Notes: generated by a model not told the origin, from the letters alone. A stretch of 64,000 nt of DNA from Nibricoccus sp. (GCA_047602425.1 JASGHG010000001.1:2368001-2432000); one strand, 5' to 3'; numbered from the stretch's first letter, positions 36,921-47,403 are shown. Made by a program: numbers and translations.

Positions 36921-37657
36921 GGCGGTGTTTGATTTACCTCTCTAGCTGTTGTTCTTGCAGCTGCTCGACTCGCTGGAACGAAAAGCTCTTCGCCTAACAG
37001 TTCAGCGCCTTCTTCGTTCCAGAGTATGAGTGTGTTTTCGCTGGCACCCATCACTCGACGCACTGTCGCTGCCGAAACAGCAGGTGCCCACGCGAAGCCG
37101 GCAGGTATGATGACACCAGAACGCTCGATCATGGGTCGGCACTGGATCGGAGGGGGAGGCACCCCGAGAACAATCACGTGGCTTTGCGTGGATGCTGCAA
37201 AACGCAGCCGTTTTAGTCGAAGCGCAGGCGCCTCTATTGCCCAATTTGCCCAATTTTCTAAGGTGGTTGTGATTGCGTTTACCGCCTGTGGTTCGTTTGA
37301 GGGAATTAGGTGTAGCGTTTTCCGCTCGGGATTTTGACCCGGTAGGCCTGCGACCGGTAGTGCTACGCGGAACCATTTCTGGAGAGGAATCCAATCAACT
37401 ACTGGTAGCCGTGCGGTCGCTAGACGCGATCCGACAGGACGCAGTATGTCTCGTTCAAGCCACGTGAAACGTTCTTGAGCTGGTAACGCTGCAAGCAACG
37501 CGGGGAGTGGATCGGTGCACGTTCGTGCACGTAACCAAAGCGATTCTGAGTCCTCGCCAATTTCCAGGCCGCTTATGAGCCGCAGAGGAGCTAGCGTTTC
37601 TGCGAAACGTTTGGGAATTAGGAGTGCCCATCCAGAGTTGGAGCGCTCGGACATCAT
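36917..37657 (-). CDS. MoxR system protein (bpX2-like)
   Basis: Position in operon; LRL..GLEI..LWLR, RLRFAAS, PAGFAWAP. Confidence 0.6.
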   Translation of the reverse strand: MMSERSNSGWALLIPKRFAETLAPLRLISGLEIGEDSESLWLRARTCTDPLPALLAALPAQERFTWLERDILRPVGSRLATARLPVVDWIPLQKWFRVALPVAGLPGQNPERKTLHLIPSNEPQAVNAITTTLENWANWAIEAPALRLKRLRFAASTQSHVIVLGVPPPPIQCRPMIERSGVIIPAGFAWAPAVSAATVRRVMGASENTLILWNEEGAELLGEELFVPASRAAARTTAREVNQTPP

Positions 37658-37671
37658 CGCATTTGATGCAA

Positions 37672-38853
37672 CTAACTCGAACTCGGACTCGAGTTAGCGA
37701 GTGGTTTTTGGACGGACAACTTCTGCCAAAGTGCACTGGCTGTCGTGCTCAATAATTCACGTTTAGCGATGTCCTGTACCCACGGGATGCGCGCCTCGAT
37801 TAGAGTGAGTCGGTCCCGTGCTTGGGCGAATGCTGCAGTCTCGGGTTTCAGAGAGCTTGCCTGTTGTTCGATCAATTCGAGATCGCGCGCTAGTCCCTCG
37901 GGATCTGGTTCGTCGGCTGATCGCGCACGGGGGTGATCTCCCGAAGCTTCTGGGACGGCATCGATAAAGCTCTGCACAATCGCCCGGAGTGGTTCTTGTT
38001 GCTCTTCTGTGTCCCAAATGTGTTTAAGTACCCAAAGATCCGATACGCGAGCTTCCAGACGGCCGCACAGGAGCGTGCTGCCAGCGATGGCTCGTTGAAG
38101 ACGGACCGCGCGTCGGTCGCTGACAGTCATTCCAGCGGTTCGGATTCTCGTGATCAGCTCAGCCAGCGGTTTCGCGATTTCTCCGAGCTGAACGGAGGAA
38201 TGCAGGCTGTGAAGGGCCCGCAAGTCATCGAAACTTAATGTCGATTCCGAGGGTGTACGATGCTGGAGTTGCCAGCCGGCAGAGAGGACTTCGTTGAGAC
38301 GATCGGAAGGAACGTTGTCTGATCGGACGCGTAGAAGAAATCGATCGAACAAAGCCCGTAACGCATCGTCTTCAGGCAAATGATTGCTGGCACCGATGAA
38401 CGAAACAACAGGGAGGGCGCGGCTCTCGCGACCGCGTCTAAAGATACGTTCGTTTAGCGCCATCAACAGACTGTTGAGAATCGCGCTGTTGGCGTTCAGC
38501 AGCTCGTCGAGAAATACCAGCGATGCTTCGGGAAGCATGCCTTCGGTATTTGTTACAAGTTCGCCCTCTCGCAGACGACGGATATCGAAAGGTCCGAAGA
38601 GTTCATTTGGCTCTGTAAAGCGGGTGAGAAGATAGTCGAAAGAACGCCCATGTAGTCGGCTACAAAGGTCGTGAACCAATGCGCTTTTTGCGGTGCCCGG
38701 CGGGCCATGTAGGAAAATGTTTTCACCGGCCACCAATGCGACGCCAAGCAGGTCGATGATTTCATCTTTAGCTACAAAGGCTCGTTTCATCGGGGCGATT
38801 ACTTCGTCCTGAAGACGGCGGCCAAGCAGAAGCACGTTTTGTAGATCAGTCAT
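37672..38853 (-). CDS. MoxR/RavA family AAA+ ATPase
   Basis: Walker A GPPGTAKS, YLLTRFTEPNELFGP, Walker B VFLDE, ALFDRF. Confidence 0.93.
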   Translation of the reverse strand: MTDLQNVLLLGRRLQDEVIAPMKRAFVAKDEIIDLLGVALVAGENIFLHGPPGTAKSALVHDLCSRLHGRSFDYLLTRFTEPNELFGPFDIRRLREGELVTNTEGMLPEASLVFLDELLNANSAILNSLLMALNERIFRRGRESRALPVVSFIGASNHLPEDDALRALFDRFLLRVRSDNVPSDRLNEVLSAGWQLQHRTPSESTLSFDDLRALHSLHSSVQLGEIAKPLAELITRIRTAGMTVSDRRAVRLQRAIAGSTLLCGRLEARVSDLWVLKHIWDTEEQQEPLRAIVQSFIDAVPEASGDHPRARSADEPDPEGLARDLELIEQQASSLKPETAAFAQARDRLTLIEARIPWVQDIAKRELLSTTASALWQKLSVQKPLANSSPSSS

Positions 38854-39499
38854 GGTTAATTAGAAAAGAAGGCAGTAGTTCTTGGTAAAGGCCGGCGTCT
38901 GCGCGGATCAATTCTTGCAGCTCGGCGCTGTGTAGCCGATCTTTCGCACTGCGTTCGACGACGCGGTCGGCGTAAAGTCGCATCAACGCTCGGTTGCCTT
39001 TGAAAGTGTCAATCGAGATACCCCCATCGACTTTGATACCAACCGATGAAAGCGGCCAGTCGCGAGCCCAATCGCGCAAGGTAGATACAAGCGAATCTCC
39101 AGGCGCAATTCGATTAGCGATTTCGAATAGGTCGGGAAGGAAATGAAAGAAAAGGTCTACAGAGTAATCCGATTCTGCGCTATGGATTGCAGAGCACGGC
39201 TCACTGAGGGTCTTTGCCACGACAGCTTCAGGCACATCTCGGCAAACGAGAAACTGACCAGCGCGATAAAGTTGTTTCGCCGCCCATTCTGATGCGGCCT
39301 TATTTATCGGCGGCAAATCAGCACCAAGATCGATCCGCCGCGCGTCGTCGAGCTGTACTAATACAGAATGGCATTCTGTATCGAACACAAGGTCTTCACC
39401 ATTGTATGGCCCGACCCAGGCCTCTCCGTCAGTCACGAGTGACTGCAAAAAGCCGCTTAGTGCGGCAGGCGTAGGTAGATCTGTAGAAGCGTGGAACAA
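38846..39499 (-). CDS. MoxR system protein (bpX4-like)
   Basis: WAAKQLYRA, DYSVDLFFHFLPDL, WPLSSVG, LYADRV. Confidence 0.6.
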   Translation of the reverse strand: MFHASTDLPTPAALSGFLQSLVTDGEAWVGPYNGEDLVFDTECHSVLVQLDDARRIDLGADLPPINKAASEWAAKQLYRAGQFLVCRDVPEAVVAKTLSEPCSAIHSAESDYSVDLFFHFLPDLFEIANRIAPGDSLVSTLRDWARDWPLSSVGIKVDGGISIDTFKGNRALMRLYADRVVERSAKDRLHSAELQELIRADAGLYQELLPSFLINHD

Positions 39500-39669
39500 A
39501 GTGATGTTTCATTCTTGAAGAGCGTTTGCTTGTGGGCAATCGCGTTGTCCAAGGTCTCCGTACTACAGAGACTGTGTTAGTGGTCGGCAATCCTTCGGTT
39601 GAGGTTACGGAGGCGAGGATGTCCCGTCTCCAGGAAGCACAATTTGCCTCCATAGCCGGTCTTCCCCGC

Positions 39670-40125
39670 CTAGGGTTCATATTCAACGATAGTAACGTCT
39701 CCACCGCCTAGTTCCTCTTCGACGATAAGGACGATCTTTTCCCAGTCGCCACCTGCAAGACCAGCGCCGATTTTCGGTAGCCCAATCTTTGCGTCACCGT
39801 AGTTTTCTGAGAGCCACCTCATGCAGCTTCGAACTGCACTGTAGTCTATTTTGTCACCAGAGCCTCGGTAGTCGTACTGCGTGTATGCGTTGATTATCGT
39901 GAGGTGGCCGTTCGCGGTTTGTACTTTGGCAGCTGAGCATGTGCCCAATTTCCCTTTGTCTCCTTTACTGGTTTGCTGGTCGGCCTGAAAAGCTTGAGGA
40001 AAATGCGCTGCGACGCCCTTCGCAATGCCGGCACCCATTGTACAGAAACAATTGCACCCATGGGCAATGACGTCGAATGAGCCAGCTTTCGCTAACTTTA
40101 GCAGATCACCTTTGATTGTTTTCAT
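39670..40125 (-). CDS. Macro domain protein (ADP-ribose hydrolase)
   Basis: IKGDLL, HGCNC..MGAGIA, PKIGAGLAGGDW. Confidence 0.88.
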   Translation of the reverse strand: MKTIKGDLLKLAKAGSFDVIAHGCNCFCTMGAGIAKGVAAHFPQAFQADQQTSKGDKGKLGTCSAAKVQTANGHLTIINAYTQYDYRGSGDKIDYSAVRSCMRWLSENYGDAKIGLPKIGAGLAGGDWEKIVLIVEEELGGGDVTIVEYEP

Positions 40126-40205
40126 TGGTAGAGTGGATAAAAACGGAGAGCCCTCAAAACAGCCCGTGCGATTCGGCATGAAATTTGAAGGATCAGAAAA
40201 CGTGT

Positions 40206-40988
40206 TCAATTGATGCCAGGAAATTTGGTACTGAATTCTGATATCACTTCTTTGAGCGCTGCGGGGACTAACGCATCTACTTTTGATCTCATGTAGTCAG
40301 GGATCTCTCGATAGAACGCATGGGCGATGGCACCAGTGATGCAACCGACAGTGTCCGCATCACCGCCCAGGCTGATCGCGATCCGAATGGCACCTTCGAA
40401 ATCATCCGATGCCAAAAATGCAATGATAGCTTCCGGCACAGTTCCCTGGCAGCTCTCATTGAAGGCGTAGTCTAACCGCACCTCATCGGTCGAGCGCGAT
40501 AAATTGTATTCAAAATTTCTTTCAATATGTTCACGGATCTCTCGCTTGGTTTTCCCATTTCTCGCCAGCCAAATTGCGGAGACTGTAGCCTGGGCGCCCT
40601 TGATTCCCTCTGGATGATTGTGGGTAACGGATGCGGAGTTGGCCGCTTGACGGAGAGCTTCGTCCAAGTTTCTTGATGCCCAACCGATGGGGCTTACTCT
40701 CATAGCCGATCCATTGCCCCAGCTGCCGTAAGGGATGGGGTTTTCTTGACGCAACCATGCCCTAAACCCCGAGCCATAACCGCCCATCGGCGTTGGATAC
40801 AAGTGTCCGTACATCAGATAGGCTTCTTGGAACCCGATGCCTCTGACTATCGCATGCGCGGTTGCGACAGTCATTATTGTGTCATCGGTGTAGTTCGACT
40901 CAGGTGGGAACAAGTCAACAGAGCTGTCCTTGTTACCTTCAAATTCGTAGGTGGATCCTGCGATATCTCCAATTATAGCGCCAATCAT
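40206..40988 (-). CDS. ADP-ribosylglycohydrolase (DraG/ARH family)
   Basis: GAIIGDIAG, TDDT, GNGSAMR, THNHPEG, GGDADT. Confidence 0.92.
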   Translation of the reverse strand: MIGAIIGDIAGSTYEFEGNKDSSVDLFPPESNYTDDTIMTVATAHAIVRGIGFQEAYLMYGHLYPTPMGGYGSGFRAWLRQENPIPYGSWGNGSAMRVSPIGWASRNLDEALRQAANSASVTHNHPEGIKGAQATVSAIWLARNGKTKREIREHIERNFEYNLSRSTDEVRLDYAFNESCQGTVPEAIIAFLASDDFEGAIRIAISLGGDADTVGCITGAIAHAFYREIPDYMRSKVDALVPAALKEVISEFSTKFPGIN

Positions 40989-41073
40989 AAAATTATGGTC
41001 ACTGGTGGAACTCTACGGTCACTTGAATTTTGCTGAATAATTTCAGATGCCGACATGTTACGGGGTACTCGAT

Positions 41074-41634
41074 CTAAAGTTTTAGTTTTTCTCTGACAGC
41101 ACTCAGTGCAAAGCCCAACAGGTTGAGACCAGGCCATTCCAATGGATTTTCTGCTCTGGGGTCATCTGCTGCCAGACCGATGCCCCAGATGGCATCAACC
41201 GGGCTTGCCTCGACCAGAATTTGATTTTCCGTCGCGAGCAGAAATGTGCGAAGGTCAGGGCTCTGAGAGAACTTCGCGAGATTTCCGGCAAATACGATTT
41301 CCTCACGGTGAGAGAGCCATACCGCTTCCGAATAGTTTTTAACTTTTCGACCGAGAGCCTTTGCGTTCTTTGGAGTCGATGCGGCGAGAATTTGCGCTGC
41401 ACAGGGCGCGTCATCGAAAAGCCGGGCCTTGCGAACCATCATATAGTGTTCGGCTGTCAGGAACCTCTCATCTCCGATCACGAAGGGTGAATCGTACCAT
41501 TGGCTAAAACATGATTTGGTAACGTCGCCATTCTCAGGCTTACGGTGACCCCAAAATAGCAGGTACTCGAAATGCGAACCCGCCACGATCGCTTTGACGA
41601 GTTCCTCTTTGTTGACCGGTGTTTTTGTGTTCAT
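41074..41634 (-). CDS. NADAR (YbiA-like) family protein
   Basis: FSQWY, TAEHYMM, AKF, LVEASPVDAIWGIG, GLNLLG. Confidence 0.92.
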   Translation of the reverse strand: MNTKTPVNKEELVKAIVAGSHFEYLLFWGHRKPENGDVTKSCFSQWYDSPFVIGDERFLTAEHYMMVRKARLFDDAPCAAQILAASTPKNAKALGRKVKNYSEAVWLSHREEIVFAGNLAKFSQSPDLRTFLLATENQILVEASPVDAIWGIGLAADDPRAENPLEWPGLNLLGFALSAVREKLKL

Positions 41635-41647
41635 TTGGCGAATGGAT

Positions 41648-42616
41648 TTAGATCACTAACTTTCCCTGCCGCTCTGCGGGTGTGATCTGGGCTTCTGTCC
41701 CGGAATTGAATTCAAGGAAATCGGTTTCCACGCCATCGCTGAAAATCACGCCGCGTTCGGGCATATGCGATTCAATGACCAGTGGAACGTCCAGTGATAC
41801 CTTGCCGAAAACGGTCGTCGCCGAAGTTGTTTTGCTCGGGAATGGTTCACGCACTGTGAAGAAAAGGTGATCCGCATCCCAGGCGAAGCGCACATCAGGC
41901 TCGACCTGTTGGTCTCGAACCGACCGATCATGGCTGAATTCCCAGCCGCTGGTCGAAGCCTCGGCAATATGGCGGGCACCGGTGATCAGACTGGTAAACC
42001 ATCCCGTAGAGCCAAGACCTGTGGAAACTATCACCCCGCTGGAAGAATGTCGTTCAGATTGGCCGGCGTATTTGATCGTGTAGCGAGCGGAGCCGTGACT
42101 TTTCGGGCCAATGAAAAGATCGTTCACAGCGTAAAGAGTCTGACCGTTGTTCAACGATGCCTTGGCCATCGTGACCGTCTTGATCGGCCGTCGACCACGA
42201 AGTACATCGGGTAAGATCTTTTCCAAATTAGCCACGTTGAAGGGGAGGAGTTGGCCATCGTAGCGGCTGGGATCTGGGTTCACGCCAATCAACGGTTGTC
42301 CGTTTAGATATTTGACAGTGTTCGCCACCAAGCCGTCCTGTCCCACGGCAACGGCGATATCTTCTGGACCAAAGATAAAGTTCGGCAGAAACGTCCGGTG
42401 GACAACCTGAACTCGACCGAACTGACCGAGTGTTTGCTGGGCCTGCGTCACGGCACTGCGGTAAGCTGCATCTTCAGCTTCGTAGTCGTTGAAATCCCCT
42501 CCGAGACGCTGCACGTAGAAACGCGCCTGGGTGACCGTATTGAAACGCGCCTTGAGTTCATCAAGACGCGTCTCACGTACGATCAGAACGATCTTTGTCT
42601 CGGTGATCCGGTCCAT
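41648..42616 (-). CDS. NAD kinase-like protein
   Basis: GQDGLVAN, AVNDLFIG, SSGVIVSTGLGSTGW. Confidence 0.8.
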   Translation of the reverse strand: MDRITETKIVLIVRETRLDELKARFNTVTQARFYVQRLGGDFNDYEAEDAAYRSAVTQAQQTLGQFGRVQVVHRTFLPNFIFGPEDIAVAVGQDGLVANTVKYLNGQPLIGVNPDPSRYDGQLLPFNVANLEKILPDVLRGRRPIKTVTMAKASLNNGQTLYAVNDLFIGPKSHGSARYTIKYAGQSERHSSSGVIVSTGLGSTGWFTSLITGARHIAEASTSGWEFSHDRSVRDQQVEPDVRFAWDADHLFFTVREPFPSKTTSATTVFGKVSLDVPLVIESHMPERGVIFSDGVETDFLEFNSGTEAQITPAERQGKLVI

Positions 42617-42618
42617 AT

Positions 42619-43638
42619 TTAGGCGGTCCGCTCTGCCATGAGTTCGCGCAATAACTCGGGCGAGATATTGAGTTGGCCGATCTTATCCGCTTTACCGGCG
42701 ATTTCTTGGAAGGCGACAGCGATAAGTTGTTCAGGCTTCATGCCGGCGTTGGCCAATGCTTGAAGGATCCGGGCATCGCCTGAGCCCAGCGCCTTCATGG
42801 TCGCTTCAATACCGTAGGCACGCGCGTCAGATTCACTCCGAGCGTTCTGCGCCGTGAGCTCGACCAATTCCTTTTTCTTTTGCTCGAGGGTGACGCTGGC
42901 GGCCATCTCGGCTTCACGAAGTAGGCGTTCCTTTTCTTGGACGGCTCTCTCGGCGTCCATTTTGGTCTCGCGGATCTGACGCTTTTTCAGCTCCACCGCA
43001 TTCTCGGTGTTCAGCTCGTTTTCCTTGATGGCGCGTTCGTTCTCCACGGCAGCATTGCGACGACGGAAGATCGCTTCGTCCGCTTCTTTGAGGAGCTGCT
43101 CGCGTGTTTCAGCCTCAAGCGCGCGTGCGGTTTCGGGCGTCGGCTTAATCGCGAGGATCGAGAATCCGAGGATTTCGAGCCCGAGTGCAGCGATCTCTGG
43201 CGAAGCAATAAGTTTGGGTCGCAGCTCTTCGACCAGAGCATCGGATTCACGCACGGCTTGCCGCAAAGGGAGGCGCTGGATTTGGGCGCGAGCTTGAACG
43301 TTGACGATATTGATCAGGCGTTGGGGCAATTTTTCAGGATCGTCCGACGCGTAGCCCTGACCGTTTGAGGCCAGAGTGAAGTTCATGAGCGAGGCCAGCT
43401 TCTTCGCATCAGTGACGCGGTAGGTGATCTGGCCCTGTATGGTCACCTTTTGAAAATCTGAGGTCGTCTCTTCGAAAATGAAGGGGACCTCATTACTGGC
43501 TGTGGGCACGGCAACGAGAGATGTGACAGGCGCGTAATAGAAAAACGCGAGGCCGGCGCCTTCACGGACAAGCTGACCTTTCTTGTATTGGAGAAGGTAG
43601 GTAGTTGGTTGAACCTTGATGAATTGTATTCCGAGCAT
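42619..43638 (-). CDS. SPFH/Band 7 domain protein
   Basis: N-terminal SPFH region followed by a long coiled coil. Confidence 0.82.
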   Translation of the reverse strand: MLGIQFIKVQPTTYLLQYKKGQLVREGAGLAFFYYAPVTSLVAVPTASNEVPFIFEETTSDFQKVTIQGQITYRVTDAKKLASLMNFTLASNGQGYASDDPEKLPQRLINIVNVQARAQIQRLPLRQAVRESDALVEELRPKLIASPEIAALGLEILGFSILAIKPTPETARALEAETREQLLKEADEAIFRRRNAAVENERAIKENELNTENAVELKKRQIRETKMDAERAVQEKERLLREAEMAASVTLEQKKKELVELTAQNARSESDARAYGIEATMKALGSGDARILQALANAGMKPEQLIAVAFQEIAGKADKIGQLNISPELLRELMAERTA

Positions 43639-43659
43639 GGTAGGGGTTGTTGAGGTTGG

Positions 43660-44016
43660 TTAATTTATGCGGTGAAATTCAGCGATGACCTCGATTTTGC
43701 CGACGATGTTTTGGTTCATCTCTGCGAGGTCCTCGGCAGGAATCCAAAGTTCTTCATGCACTTTTGCTCCGACGACTTGCTTGGGGTATTTGCTGAGGAA
43801 ACTGTTGAGGACGCGAAAACGTGTAACGAACCCAGCGCCAGAGGCACGAACATTCCAGTCACGAGCAATCTGGGTGGCGTACTCCTCGTTTAGCACCGGA
43901 TAAAAGATGGGCTGTTCCGGGAGACGCGGAGGGAAGGCTTTGAAGTCACTTTTTGCGATGAGCTTCAATTCCTCAGGTCCGACGGGCCGATAGAGCGTTG
44001 TTGTGTTGTCTTGCAT
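43660..44016 (-). CDS. Small ADP-ribosylation/crystallin J1-associated (ART-like) protein
   Basis: LYRPVG..FPPRLPEQPIFYPV..YATQIARDWN..HEELWIPAE. Confidence 0.7.
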   Translation of the reverse strand: MQDNTTTLYRPVGPEELKLIAKSDFKAFPPRLPEQPIFYPVLNEEYATQIARDWNVRASGAGFVTRFRVLNSFLSKYPKQVVGAKVHEELWIPAEDLAEMNQNIVGKIEVIAEFHRIN

Positions 44017-44035
44017 GCTGAGTGCGAAACTAAGT

Positions 44036-44575
44036 TCAGTTGGGAAAACCAATGAAAGAGGCCGGGACCTGATCCACTAGCCAGACACCATTGGCTGAGA
44101 GATAAAAGTGATGACCGGCACGATGCATATCGCCGGAGCGGACGGTTAAAACCACGGGTTTCCCGTGACGAGCACCGACGGCGACCGCGGTTTCGCGTTC
44201 GCTCGCAAGATGAACGTGATGGCGCGCTCCTTTTACGAGTCCACCAGTTTTTATACTGTCGAGAAACCGCGTTGCGGTGCCGTGAAAGAGCGTTTCGGGT
44301 GGCAGCTGTTCTTTGTAGTCGAGGTCGATCGCAACGGAATGGCCCTGATTGGCCCTTATACGTTGGCCGTCTTCGCTAAACGCAAAACGCTTTTTATCGC
44401 TGGTCGCGACGATCCGCTCCAGATGTTCACGTGTTAACGGAGATTTGTGGCGGGCCCAGGCCGCGAGGAGTTCATTCACAGAAACCCAACCAGCGCTATC
44501 CAGCACAATACCGATAGTCTGAGGTTCGTGTCTGAGCACGAGGCTAAGAAATTTACTGATGCTTACGTCGTTCAT
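44036..44575 (-). CDS. kptA: RNA 2'-phosphotransferase Tpt1/KptA
   Basis: SKFLSLVLRH, KKRF, IRANQGHS, HGT, RHHVHL, NGVWL. Confidence 0.94.
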   Translation of the reverse strand: MNDVSISKFLSLVLRHEPQTIGIVLDSAGWVSVNELLAAWARHKSPLTREHLERIVATSDKKRFAFSEDGQRIRANQGHSVAIDLDYKEQLPPETLFHGTATRFLDSIKTGGLVKGARHHVHLASERETAVAVGARHGKPVVLTVRSGDMHRAGHHFYLSANGVWLVDQVPASFIGFPN

Positions 44576-44588
44576 GTGCGGAAAGGGA

Positions 44589-45416
44589 TCATTTTAAAAC
44601 CGACTCGAATGCCGAATAGACCAGTCCGTCTTTGGACGAATCGTACACGGCGAAGACGACTTCATCGAAGACTCCATGGAAGTCGCCTCCCTGCTGGAGC
44701 AGGCGTTGAAAGGTTGCTGCCACAAGACGAGGATCATTACGAAACACCCCACATCCCCAGGCTCCCAGTATCAGGCGTGCGACGCCTTCCCGTTCTGCGA
44801 TGGTGAGAACGAAGTGGGCGCGCCTTTCAAGCGTTGGAGCAATCAGAGGAACGTTGGAGGGTTCGTTCTGTCGTATGGCCCCCGCGTTGGGCGCGGGGCA
44901 AGTGATGACGGACGCCAAGTAGGGCTTGTCGAGCAAATTACCTGAATCGTTGCGGATAAACGGAACAGCCGGAGAGTAGATCGCCAAGTCTAGGTACAAG
45001 GTCGAACGGTTCGCACGATTTCTCTCGTAGTACTGGGATTGAGTCAGGAGGCATTTGTACAGGCCAGACGATCTGGCCAAGCTCTCTTCTTGGGCCTGAG
45101 CACCTGTTAGGAAACCACCGCCGGCGTTCTTGGCTGAAGCAAAGTTGAGGCAAGCGACATGGCCGCCTGGGCGTTTTACCGCTGCTTCGAGCGCCTGCAT
45201 GGTAGTCTCTCGCGTAACAGAGATTTTTGTCGATTTAGCTTCTTTGTTCGGGGAAGCACGATGGAGCAAGGATGCCTCGTAAAGGCGCGTGTTGCCCACG
45301 GAATCTTTCAGAGCCTGATGGAGATCGATTCGTTGATTTGAAGCATTGAAGTAACTGCCGGCTTCAAGGACGGCTAGTGTGGCTTTTGCACACTCTATTC
45401 TGGATTCTTTTTGCAT
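44589..45416 (-). CDS. Microbial-type PARG (TIGR02452/DUF2263)
   Basis: LNFASAKNAGGGF..GAQAQEESL, LGAWGCGVF. Confidence 0.9.
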   Translation of the reverse strand: MQKESRIECAKATLAVLEAGSYFNASNQRIDLHQALKDSVGNTRLYEASLLHRASPNKEAKSTKISVTRETTMQALEAAVKRPGGHVACLNFASAKNAGGGFLTGAQAQEESLARSSGLYKCLLTQSQYYERNRANRSTLYLDLAIYSPAVPFIRNDSGNLLDKPYLASVITCPAPNAGAIRQNEPSNVPLIAPTLERRAHFVLTIAEREGVARLILGAWGCGVFRNDPRLVAATFQRLLQQGGDFHGVFDEVVFAVYDSSKDGLVYSAFESVLK

Positions 45417-45454
45417 AACTTAATGGCCGGAAAATTGGCCACGGGATAAAATGG

Positions 45455-46075
45455 TTAGTTGAGCGGAGCCTTTTGGAAGAGCTCACGGTTGCGGACTAAT
45501 TCGAAGACTCGCGGACCAAGATATTTCTCGGCCGTTGCATAATCGCGATTCAGCAGAGCTTGTCGCGCGAGCGACGAAGAGATCTCTTGTTTAGCGGGTG
45601 GTTCGGGAAGGACTTCGTGCGGTTTGAGCTGTGCCCAGGTGCCGGTTTCGTTGATTGGATGGCCCGTCCGGGGAATAACAACGAACGGAATTTGCTGCCT
45701 GAGTTGCTCGTTACGTCTCCACCGGTGGATCAGGTTCGCTTCATCGCTGCCGATGGCCATGTAGATTTGGTGTGTGGCGTATTCGGCGAAGTGAGGGAGT
45801 TTTTGAACGAGTTCGTAGGTGGAACCATTCATACCAAGGTCGACTTCAAAGCTCGAGACACGGACGCCAGGTAGATGGCGAAAGCATTCTGCGGCCATAA
45901 GTAATCGATCCTGTGCTGGAGCCAGACTCTTGCCGAACGTGTGTCCGTAACACGGCATCACAATGACTCGATCAAATCCTGCCCTTAACAACATTTCTGC
46001 TGCAGCGGCATGACCCACGGTGGGCGGGTTAAATGCGCCACCGTAGATCGCGAGCTTTGGCCGCTGGATGTTCAT
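45455..46075 (-). CDS. nadD: Nicotinate-nucleotide adenylyltransferase
   Basis: YGGAFNPPTVGH, IGSD, ISSS. Confidence 0.85.
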   Translation of the reverse strand: MNIQRPKLAIYGGAFNPPTVGHAAAAEMLLRAGFDRVIVMPCYGHTFGKSLAPAQDRLLMAAECFRHLPGVRVSSFEVDLGMNGSTYELVQKLPHFAEYATHQIYMAIGSDEANLIHRWRRNEQLRQQIPFVVIPRTGHPINETGTWAQLKPHEVLPEPPAKQEISSSLARQALLNRDYATAEKYLGPRVFELVRNRELFQKAPLN

Positions 46076-46641
46076 GTGCGTTCGACAATTTCGACGCCGG
46101 CTTGCCGAAGCTTTGCCAGCATCGCGGGAATGTCATCCGGCTTGATGCCTACGCCTTTGCAGGCAGGCAGCAGTACGCGGGTTTTGAAGAGAGGAGCGAC
46201 CTGTAAGGCGGTGTTTCCGACGCAGTAGTCTGTGGCGAGTCCGACGACATCGACCTGGGTGATTCCGCGGGCGCGGAGCAAGTCAGCGAGGTTGGTCGTT
46301 TGTCCAGCGTTGTCGAAAAAGGCGCCGTACGAATCTACGTTCTTATCCATACCTTTGCGCCAAAGAACGTCGATGCGGTCCTTCACCAAGCCGGCGTGAA
46401 GCTCAGCGCCTCGGGTGAATTGCACGCAGTGGACCGGCCATAGACCGAACGAGCAGTGATCCTCCGGGTGCATGTCTTGGGTGGCAACGATCAGCCCATA
46501 ATCTCCGTTGGTGATTCGCTCGTTCACCGCCGGGAGGAGGTAAGAAGCATTCGCAATCGCGAGGGCGCCTCCTTCCATGAAGTCATTTTGGACATCGATG
46601 ACGAGCAGAGCCGTGTTTCTATTTTGGTCGGTCGTGGTCAT
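46072..46641 (-). CDS. pncA: Nicotinamidase
   Basis: IDVQNDF, TQDMHP, WPVHCVQ, GLATDYCV. Confidence 0.92.
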   Translation of the reverse strand: MTTTDQNRNTALLVIDVQNDFMEGGALAIANASYLLPAVNERITNGDYGLIVATQDMHPEDHCSFGLWPVHCVQFTRGAELHAGLVKDRIDVLWRKGMDKNVDSYGAFFDNAGQTTNLADLLRARGITQVDVVGLATDYCVGNTALQVAPLFKTRVLLPACKGVGIKPDDIPAMLAKLRQAGVEIVERT

Positions 46642-46657
46642 GGGATTGGTTAAGTAA

Positions 46658-46670
46658 GGTCAGAATGACC
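46658..46670. promoter_or_regulatory. Putative NrtR operator upstream of pncA
   Basis: Palindrome GGTCAGAATGACC (GT-N7-AC), overlapping a minus-strand TTGCAC-N17-CATTCT promoter candidate. Confidence 0.65.
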
Positions 46671-46729
46671 ATACTAGACGCTGAGTGCAAGCATTTTTTG
46701 AATTGTTTGTTTCGGGGCTCCCTAACTAG

Positions 46730-47401
46730 TTAGCCAAGGGAGAGAAAGAATGGCGTTTTATTCTCCCAATTCCAGCGGTACGTAGTGGCGGTTGGCCCGC
46801 GTACTTGGCGTGTTCCCACGGGCACAACCAAGTTTTGCCGCAGCAGATCCCGACGGAAATTCGAAAGGTCCACTTTGCGGCCGAGGATCGCACCGTACAC
46901 CAGCGACAATTCCGAGAGCGTGAAATCTTCACTCACGAAATGCGGGGAAACAGGCGCGTACTGAATCTTTGCGCGCAAACGTTGCACCGCGAGTTCAAGG
47001 ATATCGGCGTGATCAAACGCCCAGTTTTTTGTGGAGGCGACGCCTGGTTCTACCCACTCGAGTTTGTCGATCTTGTCATCGCCAGCAGGGACGTCCTGCG
47101 GAATGGGAATCAGTCCATAATGAGCGATCGTGACCACACGTTCTCGTGGATCGCGCTTGGGTTCGGTGAAGGTGAACAGCTGTTCCAGATAGCTGTGCGA
47201 TAAACCAACGGATTTGATTTTCCGTTCGCAGGCATCGGCAGCGCTCTCGTTTTCGTGAACGTAGGTGCCGGGAAAACAAACACGTCCCTTGTACGGAGTG
47301 GCCGCCCGCTGCCCGAGGAGCACAACCAATTTTTGTTGGCTGATTCCGAAGAGAACCAAATCCACGGCGACTGCGGGATGCGGATACTTGTATTGGTACA
47401 T
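46730..47401 (-). CDS. nrtR: NrtR family Nudix-wHTH regulator
   Basis: VDLVLF, YLEQLFTF..RDPR, AFDH, NFRR wHTH. Confidence 0.88.
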   Translation of the reverse strand: MYQYKYPHPAVAVDLVLFGISQQKLVVLLGQRAATPYKGRVCFPGTYVHENESAADACERKIKSVGLSHSYLEQLFTFTEPKRDPRERVVTIAHYGLIPIPQDVPAGDDKIDKLEWVEPGVASTKNWAFDHADILELAVQRLRAKIQYAPVSPHFVSEDFTLSELSLVYGAILGRKVDLSNFRRDLLRQNLVVPVGTRQVRGPTATTYRWNWENKTPFFLSLG

Positions 47402-47403
47402 GT

